A DNA stretch of 64,000 nucleotides from a virus (Duplodnaviria; Caudoviricetes). A program made the position numbers and the translations under genes. The notes beneath the pieces are model-generated. The model did not search any database. It worked only from the letters and a program-made list of their open reading frames with translations, and was not told the DNA's origin. The stretch lies in IMG/VR virus record IMGVR_UViG_2788499951_000002, positions 32,001-96,000 of that record; one strand, given 5' to 3'. This document shows, piece after piece, positions 29,001 to 36,102 of the stretch (its first letter is position 1; every line of letters begins with the position of its first letter).

Positions 29001-31759
29001 TCCACACAATCGATACTCCGACCACGATGTACATCACTCGGACACAGGTAGAGGCGGCTGATCATTCCTCCTCATATATCCCGACCAGTGGCACCAGTGT
29101 CACCCGTGTTGCGGACGTGGTGAGTAAGAGTATCGAGGATTTCCACTACAATACAGAGGAAGGCACTTGGGTTGTGACGGCAAACTTCATCGAATCTGTC
29201 GGATGTAACCTGAAAGGTATCGGTGTGGATGTTGTTCAATTCTCCGGTAAAGGGACCGTGGTGATCACGTATAATCGAGATGGTGTTCGTGTGTTCTCGA
29301 ATGAAGGCAGGGCAATGACCCTTCCACCAATCACGACTCCGACCGAACTGATCATCACTGGGACAGTTGATATTGGTTCCGTACAATATCGCAGCACTGC
29401 CCTAGATGATGCTGATGCGTCCGAACTGGCTGTTGGGGATGTCGTTACCTCCTCGCCTGTTGATGGTGATGTGGTGCTGGATTACAACTTCAACGAATCG
29501 GACTTCTCTGCGAAGTCATCGGTTGATTCGTTGGACTCGTTCCGCTCATCGGAGACTGAGTACCTTGATGTGAGTCGGACGTCCATTGGTGTCAACTTGA
29601 TTGATGGTGTGGATGGTTATATGCGTGGTGAGATGGTACAACCAAACAATCCACAAATGGTATTCGGTCGTCTGGCAGTGAACGACGCCGATGAGAACTG
29701 GGTATCATCTGATTTCTCAGAATGGTGGTACACGAGTGATGCGTTCACAAAATCAACCATCAACCCACTGTACACTGGTGGTCCCAATGGCATCCGAATC
29801 ATTAATTCGGACGACTCTCCATATGCATCGTACATATACCCGATTGATGACTTCGATCATGAATACATCAGCATGGCGATGGTAGTCTCCCGTGGGTCTG
29901 CTGATACTTTCAAATTCGGTCTCAGGGATAACACCTTCAGTGAGTGGGTGTTCGCGGTGGACTTCTCATGGTTGGATAACAAGGTTCGTCTGGCTTCATC
30001 CACCACTGGATACAACGTGTCATATGGCGTTCGTCAGCTCCCATCGCATCCGGTGGATCGCGGAGCGGAGACGTTCTTCGTCTGGGTGTCTGGTAAGCCC
30101 AAGTATCGCGATCATACTGGTCGTTTCTACTTCTACCCGAATGGTGCCGGTGCGTCGATGGAAGGTAAGTCTACCTATGTTCATCATGCGCAAATGAGTC
30201 CGACGCGGTATCCCCGTCTGGCACTGCCCGCAGTAGTCGGCACTGGGATGGAAGGACATACATCACTCAACCTCCCAGACAACATCCTGAGTGAAAACTT
30301 CGGCACCATTGCAATCGAAGGGTATGGAGATGCATGTAAGTTTGTGAAGAACCTCGGATTCGATGGCACGATTCTCAGTGGTGAAGGGACATTCGCGTAT
30401 CGGTGGAATTCGTCTGGTGGTGAGTTCTTTGCAAACGGAGCGAAGCTGTTCAATACCGCACCTCCGGCGTCCTTCAACGGTGAGATTGAATTCGCAGTTG
30501 GGGAGATTGGTCGCGTTCGGTTCTTCGACAAGTTCCTATCGTCGACAGAGACAAAGGCACTGACTGATGGGACATTCGACGTCGATTACCTGTTCATGGG
30601 CGGTGAAGTGTTTGTTGCTGACTTCTCTGCGGGTGACTTCGGTCGCCGAGACACAACAGACGGAGTGAATAGTCACCGCACCGACGCAGTCGGAGAGTAC
30701 ATCGACATCAGCCGTACCACCAGCGGGGCATCCAACACCTCCGATGATGTCATGGCACTGGTCAGTCAGGGTCAGCTCCGTTATGGATACACCGATACTG
30801 GTGACAAGGGGGTTCTGGTGGAAGGGGATTCCACCAACCTCGTCGTCGGGACCAACACGGCTCCGATTGCAACCAGCGGTGTGGACGTCACGGAAGAAGG
30901 AACTGGTCCTATGGTTGGCACTGTGGCTCACCGATTGACCCTTAACAAGTCGGGTGCGAACGAAAATGGGTACTGGGCGATCCCGAATGACCTGCTGGAT
31001 GAAGACTACACTATCAGCGTCTGGGTGAAGTTCGATACAGCCACCACCGTCAACCTCCGTTTGTGGCGTGGACCGTACACGGTATGTGACGGGATATTCA
31101 CTGGCAATGCCGGTGAGTGGAAACTCTGCAGAGTAACCAGTACGAACAATCAGGCAGGCGGTGCGGTGTTTCTGCGTGCTTACCCCGGTCCGCGCATCAG
31201 CCAAACTGCTGGGGAATCTCTGATCGTGGCAATGCCTCAGATGGAGAACAGCACGGTGGGGACGTCGTTCATTCCGACCACCGACGCGGTGGCATCGCGA
31301 GATCGCGACGTGGTCACTATCGACGGGTCGTTTGTCGATCCACAGAAAGGGACGTTCGTCATCGAGTTTGGTGAGATGACCCCTTCCACTGACGATCAGT
31401 ATCTGTTCGATTTGTCCCCATGGGGTAACGGTGGCTGTGGTCTGCGCTTGACGAAAAGTGGCATCTTCCGATTCTTCTGTTATGACTATGACAGCGACGT
31501 CATTGGACTGAACGGTGACTGGACCGGTTCTGAACGAAAGATTGTCATATCGTACAAAGCTGGGTCATTGGTGATGGCTATGGATGGTGAGGTGGTGAGA
31601 ACCAGTTCTGCCATCGACGGGGGCTTTGCGATGCCTTCCTCAGATAACACCATAGCAATCGGGTCTCGAGTTGAAGGCAACATGATGGCGAATACGGTGA
31701 TCAGCAAATTCAAATACTATGACACGTTCCACGATGTGGACACGATTATCAACCTCTAA
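26054..31759 (+). CDS. Giant head-spike/fibre-like protein with five tandem modules (carbohydrate-binding/LamG-like inserts)
   Basis: Five repeats of F(T/S)R.S...PR...(I/L)E...TN(L/I)...[variable insert]...Q(L/V/M)E...S.I.T...TR..D...GT(W/F); late promoter upstream. Confidence 0.75.
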   Translation: MTTQTSKTFFDTFDFTRNSSATYVGTDSRIHVMDAGLPRYELLADGGRSGIVLERGATNLIPNNSDLTTWATNNQLDVTPIYDPELFKVTNARAYRFTRTSDDSYAGAHHAGCNSEAGKIYCFSIYINTDDSTAEEVQLTFQRFNSRGWQNGAININTGAQRGGSGPYWHEGGTEDVGFGWKRVWAYCEADKDESNAAVQIRIAGTDMTGSVLVVAYPQLEEVESIESLPSSLIITNGVPTTREQDTIKYLLNDPTIKMEAGTWLFTGDMTNANLSQGIGVDDARFTGSGTIAYAFDSEGGEVFINGQSAQVTPPVVGTNITQVIFGGGDKLILSTITYIDGVKDIEGVSENTTGNFQFSTTFVNGNSLVMDIENERFGKRSLLDASVFNDGSVHDVIEVNRASYGGSYDENGQYVLVGENEPRYGLNPDGSRYLLIEPERTNIFAPNSDDLISSMGAQRLSKTSTDIISPAGTNAVQLTVDEESTYSYGAYSYAGALRDVTKGDLLTFSIFVRSPNSEPCVLRFWSGSVRAFRSEHVQVMFHLDDGEYSIISGAPVITGAGITGLTDGWYRIWMSARAEGTGNPSPSFNASTAIGVEYLIAAPQLEVGSSPTSPITTNSATPVTRLADEVTTTLGYEFKETQGTWVFRGKVENGLLARNLGHAGLRLTGEGTVVFTFTEEGGSVFFNGGKIFDIAPYSVSPSIVNFGMDDDTIQQMELVTYRSAVISHEDAVEMTEVGEFEYEYLFKDDVTFVADVVNGHYGVLDVVDPLETIEATEFTSVVDFTRASGATSGIAGVVVGNNEPKLNADGWVSIETTATNLYPYSDGTGSSASVAGWKGNATRSQDTLLGEPATKVVFDAGTSYVYGAQEHMTALYTDYVGRSTRSMRVKIEDGFYFGIRVAGMTATSYFPEDGRYHAVFDLDDGTLVYAGTLVNDNEYSITKVSEGIFDVSFTSPFFGDNPHYNGIAVGLIPKDGDASEWVHTIDTPTTMYITRTQVEAADHSSSYIPTSGTSVTRVADVVSKSIEDFHYNTEEGTWVVTANFIESVGCNLKGIGVDVVQFSGKGTVVITYNRDGVRVFSNEGRAMTLPPITTPTELIITGTVDIGSVQYRSTALDDADASELAVGDVVTSSPVDGDVVLDYNFNESDFSAKSSVDSLDSFRSSETEYLDVSRTSIGVNLIDGVDGYMRGEMVQPNNPQMVFGRLAVNDADENWVSSDFSEWWYTSDAFTKSTINPLYTGGPNGIRIINSDDSPYASYIYPIDDFDHEYISMAMVVSRGSADTFKFGLRDNTFSEWVFAVDFSWLDNKVRLASSTTGYNVSYGVRQLPSHPVDRGAETFFVWVSGKPKYRDHTGRFYFYPNGAGASMEGKSTYVHHAQMSPTRYPRLALPAVVGTGMEGHTSLNLPDNILSENFGTIAIEGYGDACKFVKNLGFDGTILSGEGTFAYRWNSSGGEFFANGAKLFNTAPPASFNGEIEFAVGEIGRVRFFDKFLSSTETKALTDGTFDVDYLFMGGEVFVADFSAGDFGRRDTTDGVNSHRTDAVGEYIDISRTTSGASNTSDDVMALVSQGQLRYGYTDTGDKGVLVEGDSTNLVVGTNTAPIATSGVDVTEEGTGPMVGTVAHRLTLNKSGANENGYWAIPNDLLDEDYTISVWVKFDTATTVNLRLWRGPYTVCDGIFTGNAGEWKLCRVTSTNNQAGGAVFLRAYPGPRISQTAGESLIVAMPQMENSTVGTSFIPTTDAVASRDRDVVTIDGSFVDPQKGTFVIEFGEMTPSTDDQYLFDLSPWGNGGCGLRLTKSGIFRFFCYDYDSDVIGLNGDWTGSERKIVISYKAGSLVMAMDGEVVRTSSAIDGGFAMPSSDNTIAIGSRVEGNMMANTVISKFKYYDTFHDVDTIINL

Positions 31760-31772
31760 GGAGAAAATTGAA

Positions 31773-32213
31773 ATGAAAGATGTAGTACTGTACGTAGAGT
31801 CCTTCACCAGTCTGGTGAAGGATCTGATGATCAGCAACCCTGAGTTACTGGATCAGAAAGAGAATGGGGACTTCGTGTCCCCGCCTGTGATCAACGCATT
31901 TGCTCGCACACCGGCGAAGATGAAAGGGGATGGCCTGATGGTCTATGCACGTCTCACCGACGCTCAGTACGCCCAGTGGAACGGTATGAAGGGGATCGAG
32001 ATCCTCGGGGAGGCTGACTTCGTTGGGACCGGTACCGCTGATACTGTCTACCAGCAGATCTTCGACGACACGGAGAAGCTCAGGAAGTACAAGTCGGTGT
32101 ATGACTTCACCCCGTATGAGGTCACAGTCGAGCCACCGGAAGGAGAAGAAGGGGAGGCGGAGGTCATCACGGTGACACCTCCTGAGAAATTCGGAATTCT
32201 CATGGGAGCATGA
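31773..32213 (+). CDS. Spike/fibre-associated small protein (paralogue of 25675..26034)
   Basis: Start moved to ATG 31773 after AAGGAG; similarity to 25675..26034 as described there. Confidence 0.7.
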   Translation: MKDVVLYVESFTSLVKDLMISNPELLDQKENGDFVSPPVINAFARTPAKMKGDGLMVYARLTDAQYAQWNGMKGIEILGEADFVGTGTADTVYQQIFDDTEKLRKYKSVYDFTPYEVTVEPPEGEEGEAEVITVTPPEKFGILMGA

Positions 32214-32351
32214 ACCGATAAAGTTCATAACTGAATAAATATAATTGATGATGCACAGGGTGCGGGGTTTCCTCCTTTTCCTCGCACTTTTCATTACGCC
32301 GAGAACCATGTCCTTTTCCTGCATGGCTCTCGGCTTTTTTGTGCCTGTCTA

Positions 32352-32513
32352 TCAGATAATCGCACTCCCGATCCCGAGGATTACCCCACCCACGAAGACA
32401 ATCACCCCGATCACCAAGATCATCACCTGCCGATCCAACTCAGTGGATTCTTCCTCATCGAGTTGCTCATCTGTCTTCCGGATGAAGTATCCATCATCAT
32501 GTTCGTCGTTCAT
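32352..32513 (-). CDS. Small tail-anchored membrane protein (53 aa, not in ORF track)
   Basis: MNDEHDDGYFIRKTDEQLDEEESTELDRQVMILVIGVIVFVGGVILGIGSAII; GGAGG RBS; abuts the upstream gene's stop. Confidence 0.6.
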   Translation of the reverse strand: MNDEHDDGYFIRKTDEQLDEEESTELDRQVMILVIGVIVFVGGVILGIGSAII

Positions 32514-32672
32514 CTAACGTCCCTCCCGTGTGTCGAATGTTCTCTCTACCCTATCACCCATATCCCCGACTGTCCAGTCCGACATCCCGAAGTCATCTGG
32601 GATCGACCAGTCTTGAGGCACGGCATAGAACAAGGCTATCAGGATCATGAATGTGATTAGTGCACCACGCAT
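32514..32672 (-). CDS. Small membrane/exported protein (52 aa)
   Basis: Likely start MRGALITFMILIALFYAV at 32672 with a GAGG RBS; N-terminal hydrophobic segment. Confidence 0.55.
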   Translation of the reverse strand: MRGALITFMILIALFYAVPQDWSIPDDFGMSDWTVGDMGDRVERTFDTREGR

Positions 32673-32739
32673 ATTGTGGCCCTCTTCAGTTTTCGATGCC
32701 CCATAATAACAAATGCCACCCGAAGGTGGCAAATGTGTG

Positions 32740-33126
32740 TCATTGCAGTGTCTTCCTGAGACGCTCTGTGAGGGCCGCTCTGCTGATCCCTTGTGATGCA
32801 TCGTCTGAGTCTTCACCGTCCTGTGAGGAGGCAGGTTGGGTGGTCTTTGTCCCGCTCCGCATCATCTTCTCCCTGTCCAGCTTCAGCTTGTCCCGTTTGG
32901 CCATGGCATCCTTCGCCTGTGCGAGGAAATCACGAGCCAGCTCCAGATACTTCAGCCGGTTCTTCGGTTCAATCAGATCGATGTCATCCATCTGCATCTT
33001 ATAGGTGTCGAGTGCGAACTTGATCACCAGATCGAGATCACGTTCTTCTGCGCTCTCTGGGATCTCTATTGATTCAAGGCGCTCTGCCTCTTCAAACCCG
33101 AACTCTTCATCAAGTGGGTGTGCCAT
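32740..33126 (-). CDS. Candidate terminase small subunit
   Basis: 128 aa helical protein (Y...MD...IEPKNR.KYLELA..FL..A..A..K..KLK) ending SRAALTERLRK, resembling gp16-type small subunits; under a late promoter. Confidence 0.45.
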   Translation of the reverse strand: MAHPLDEEFGFEEAERLESIEIPESAEERDLDLVIKFALDTYKMQMDDIDLIEPKNRLKYLELARDFLAQAKDAMAKRDKLKLDREKMMRSGTKTTQPASSQDGEDSDDASQGISRAALTERLRKTLQ

Positions 33127-33141
33127 GTTACTTACCTCTCG

Positions 33142-33648
33142 TTATTTGGTTGAGTTGCTATACTCGATGTATTGTTTCATTACTGTGTCATAATCAACCG
33201 AACTATGATGCGGCCAATGAGTGACATATGCACTGACGGCTTCTTCCAGATTACATGGTTCATCCATCAGGCGGTCACAGTAATAAATGTAAGTCATCAT
33301 AATCTGGAATGCCACATTATAAGACATCGCAATAAACAAATCATCCGGATGTGTGTTCTTGATATCGATGAGGCAAATATCATTGATGTTTTCGATCCAC
33401 CACTTATTGGGACGAACAACATTGAAGAGTACACTATCAAACATCGCGCGATTCATTCGGCTCAGTCCGTGGTACTCAATTCCCTGTGTGTCGACATCAA
33501 TGTAGCCAACCAGATCGGTCTGCATCAGGAAGGTGATCTCGATCAGTGAGACCTCAGCCTTCCGGATGGGGTGGGTGCGATTGATGGACTCGAGGGTGCT
33601 CTCAACGAGCTTTCTGGTCTGTTTTTCGTAGGTCGGTTTGGTACTCAT
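33142..33648 (-). CDS. Lysozyme/transglycosylase-like protein, apparently lacking the catalytic Glu
   Basis: Start MSTKPTY after AAGGAG. FLMQT..VGYI...YHGLSRM...YNVAFQIMMTYIYY...P...AY..HW parallels the phage (T.A.ES...G..QM...NL.YA.AM.R..Y...YWK) family. Confidence 0.45.
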   Translation of the reverse strand: MSTKPTYEKQTRKLVESTLESINRTHPIRKAEVSLIEITFLMQTDLVGYIDVDTQGIEYHGLSRMNRAMFDSVLFNVVRPNKWWIENINDICLIDIKNTHPDDLFIAMSYNVAFQIMMTYIYYCDRLMDEPCNLEEAVSAYVTHWPHHSSVDYDTVMKQYIEYSNSTK

Positions 33649-33677
33649 GCAGTCGTTCTCCTTTGTCTGTGTGCCAG

Positions 33678-33683
33678 TATTTA
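33678..33683 (-). promoter_or_regulatory. Putative late promoter (TAAATA) for the reverse operon
   Basis: Minus strand CATAAATAC about 30 nt upstream of ATG 33648. Confidence 0.6.
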
Positions 33684-33827
33684 TGCGGGTTCCTTGAGGA
33701 AACGGCCAAGATATATCTATCACCGAGATATAGGCTGAGTACTACCAACAAGACCTTCCCGTGCGAGACGGTCATACGGTGGATCCTGTATGAGGATGAT
33801 CAGGATGATGGATGTCATGAGAAGGGA

Positions 33828-33856
33828 TTGACACATGGGATCGGGGGTGCTAAATA
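33828..33856 (+). promoter_or_regulatory. Promoter upstream of phoH (TTGACA-N17-TAAATA; possible dual early/late)
   Basis: Consensus -35 box exactly 17 nt from a TAAATA box. Confidence 0.55.
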
Positions 33857-33931
33857 GGGATGTACCGATGCAGAGAAAGACCAATGCCTAGTTCCATATC
33901 GTAATCGGTACCACAACCAAAGGATCTCATC

Positions 33932-34690
33932 ATGTCCAAGAAACAGAAACTGCAAGTCGTGGGTTCAGCTGACGAACATAAAGCAATGGCGGGTAAGAAC
34001 TTCTCCGTGCATCACTTGGTATCATTCAAGGCGATGACCGAACGCCAGCAAGAGTTCATCAATGCGTTCTATGAGAGTGAAACCCCGATTATTGTTCAGT
34101 ATGGTTCCGCCGGTTCAGGTAAGACGGCCACCGCACTATATGCAGCACTCCATCATGTGTTCGATAAATCCACCGTATATGACAAAGTCGTCATTATCCG
34201 TTCAGCTGTTCAGGCACGTGAGATCGGTTTCCTCAAGGGTGATGAAGATGAGAAGGATGCAGTATATGAAGCTCCTTATGATGCACTCCTGAATGAACTG
34301 ACAACATTCAAATCAACCGCATATGCAAACCTGAAGGCACAGCATATTGTCGAGTTCCACAATACGTCTTTCCTGCGGGGCAAGACTTTCAACAACGCTA
34401 TCATGATTCTCGATGAGTTCGAGAACTGTACCTACCACGAACTGGCCACTGTCATTACCCGCATGGGCTACAACACCCGTCTTGTGATGTGTGGGGACCA
34501 TAAGCAGGTCGACTTGCACAAGCGGTCCGACAAGACTGGCTTCTTCAAGCTCCTTCGTATCCTGCGTCGTATGGATCCTGATCGTGCCAAGCTGATCAAG
34601 TACGTACCTGAGGACTGTGTACGATCAGGCATCGCCAAGGACTTCCTGCTTGCTGAGGAAGAAGACGCACTCGAGCATGGCGACGACTAA
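33932..34690 (+). CDS. phoH: PhoH-family ATPase
   Basis: GSAGSGKT, REIGFLKG, FLRGKTF, ILDEFEN, TRMG, GDHKQVDL, VRSG. Confidence 0.96.
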   Translation: MSKKQKLQVVGSADEHKAMAGKNFSVHHLVSFKAMTERQQEFINAFYESETPIIVQYGSAGSGKTATALYAALHHVFDKSTVYDKVVIIRSAVQAREIGFLKGDEDEKDAVYEAPYDALLNELTTFKSTAYANLKAQHIVEFHNTSFLRGKTFNNAIMILDEFENCTYHELATVITRMGYNTRLVMCGDHKQVDLHKRSDKTGFFKLLRILRRMDPDRAKLIKYVPEDCVRSGIAKDFLLAEEEDALEHGDD

Positions 34691-34704
34691 CGAAACGAAT
34701 GAGG

Positions 34705-34740
34705 CAAGGGGGAGATGTGAATCTCCCCCTTGTTTTGTTT
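34705..34740 (+). terminator. Rho-independent terminator
   Basis: CAAGGGGGAGAT-GTGA-ATCTCCCCCTTG followed by a T-rich tract. Confidence 0.85.
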
Positions 34741-34793
34741 AGGCACCCGTGGTATAAGTATCTGGGTACACCACTCACACAAGGAACCATCCA

Positions 34794-35414
34794 ATGAAAG
34801 CAATCCTTCTCAACGGACCACCTCGCTCCGGAAAGGATGAGATCTATCGAATCATCCAGTCCCTGTCTGACCACCGACACTCAATCGTGGAGGTACATCA
34901 TCATAAGTTCGCTGCTGCCCTCTCTGAGTCCGTAGCACGGCTGTTCGGGTATGATCCTCTGGAATGGGCATCCGTCTATGCATCGAAGAAGGACGAGCCT
35001 CTCCGTCGCCTCCGTGGGATGTCTCCCCGTGGTGCACTGATCTGGATGGCAGAGACCGTCGTCAAGCCCAAGTTCGGTGACGACTTCTTCGGTGTCTCTC
35101 TGGCGGCCAAGATCGAATCTGAACTTGACTCTGGGATGATGCCCAACGGTGATGGGGATCTGATTGTCATCAGTGACTGTGGTTTCATCGACGAGGTTCA
35201 GCCTATCGTGACAAGTATCGGTGTGGATAACTGTTTCTTGGTTCATACCGAACGGGAAGGCCGGAACTTCAAGGATGACAGTCGCGGATACCTCGGCAGT
35301 TCAGATCTGTGCATTCCCGAGAGTCAGTGCTTCCGTATCGTCAATGACGGTGGTATCTCTGATCTCGAATGCTCGGTGGCAACCATTCTGACTGAGATAG
35401 GGTACTCGGAATGA
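34794..35414 (+). CDS. Deoxynucleoside monophosphate kinase
   Basis: LNGPPRSGKD, KFA..L, SPRGALI, ISDCGF.DE. Confidence 0.85.
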   Translation: MKAILLNGPPRSGKDEIYRIIQSLSDHRHSIVEVHHHKFAAALSESVARLFGYDPLEWASVYASKKDEPLRRLRGMSPRGALIWMAETVVKPKFGDDFFGVSLAAKIESELDSGMMPNGDGDLIVISDCGFIDEVQPIVTSIGVDNCFLVHTEREGRNFKDDSRGYLGSSDLCIPESQCFRIVNDGGISDLECSVATILTEIGYSE

Positions 35415-36046
35415 ACGGTGGAGGAAGTGAGTACGATCTGATCCCGATCAACTTCTGGACGGACTTCTTCACGATGAACGGGTTCGAACTCACTGTTCGC
35501 CCGATAGAGGGGAAACTCGAAGATCCGTCCAATGTCGATTGGTCTGAATTGGATCGATACTTCACCAGTTCAGGATCTGCAACCGGTGAATGTGTGATGG
35601 GCTACGTCGTGAGGGAGTTGGTCAAGGATGGCGTTGATCCATCACATATCATTGACGCGACCAAGATGTTTGAGTATCTGTTGGTGGGAAGCACATCGAT
35701 CATGGATGACAAAGTGGGACAGACCTACACGTTCAGTCTCCTCTCGTTCCCCGCACTCAAGGTCTTCATGTCGCATGGTGATGGTGAGCTGATGACCGGT
35801 GATGACACGATGGAGGTTCAGCCTCGATTCCCCATGGTGGATGAAGCCGGTCAGATGGGGGTGATTGATATCTCCAGCATGGGGGCATACCCTCAGGACA
35901 TTTTCCATCATGTCCCTATCCTGAAGCTCCACGGCCCGTTGGGAAACTCAATCTCTGAGTCGTGTGGCCTGTATGCACTGCCCCGAACGATCAGGGACAG
36001 GATCACTGAAGAAACCCGTGTTTTGATCGGTATCGAAAATTTGTGA
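35411..36046 (+). CDS. Hypothetical protein
   Basis: Coupled ORF (ATGA overlap); ends VLIGIENL. Confidence 0.65.
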   Translation: MNGGGSEYDLIPINFWTDFFTMNGFELTVRPIEGKLEDPSNVDWSELDRYFTSSGSATGECVMGYVVRELVKDGVDPSHIIDATKMFEYLLVGSTSIMDDKVGQTYTFSLLSFPALKVFMSHGDGELMTGDDTMEVQPRFPMVDEAGQMGVIDISSMGAYPQDIFHHVPILKLHGPLGNSISESCGLYALPRTIRDRITEETRVLIGIENL

Positions 36047-36047
36047 T

Positions 36048-36076
36048 TGACACATTCATCAATGAGCAGTAAGATA
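36048..36076 (+). promoter_or_regulatory. Sigma70-type promoter
   Basis: TTGACA-N17-TAAGAT upstream of uvsX. Confidence 0.7.
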
Positions 36077-36102
36077 GACCCCGTCATCAAAAAGGAGAAA
36101 GT

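Noticed and set aside
31845-32324. 159-aa reverse ORF and other antisense or shifted-frame ORFs in the track
   Set aside because: They overlap well-supported genes and lack an RBS or recognisable motifs; treated as shadow ORFs.
33700-33830. Short inverted repeat (TATATCT/AGATATA) and GGATGAT repeats as an origin or sRNA
   Set aside because: Too short and weak to distinguish from chance without comparative data.
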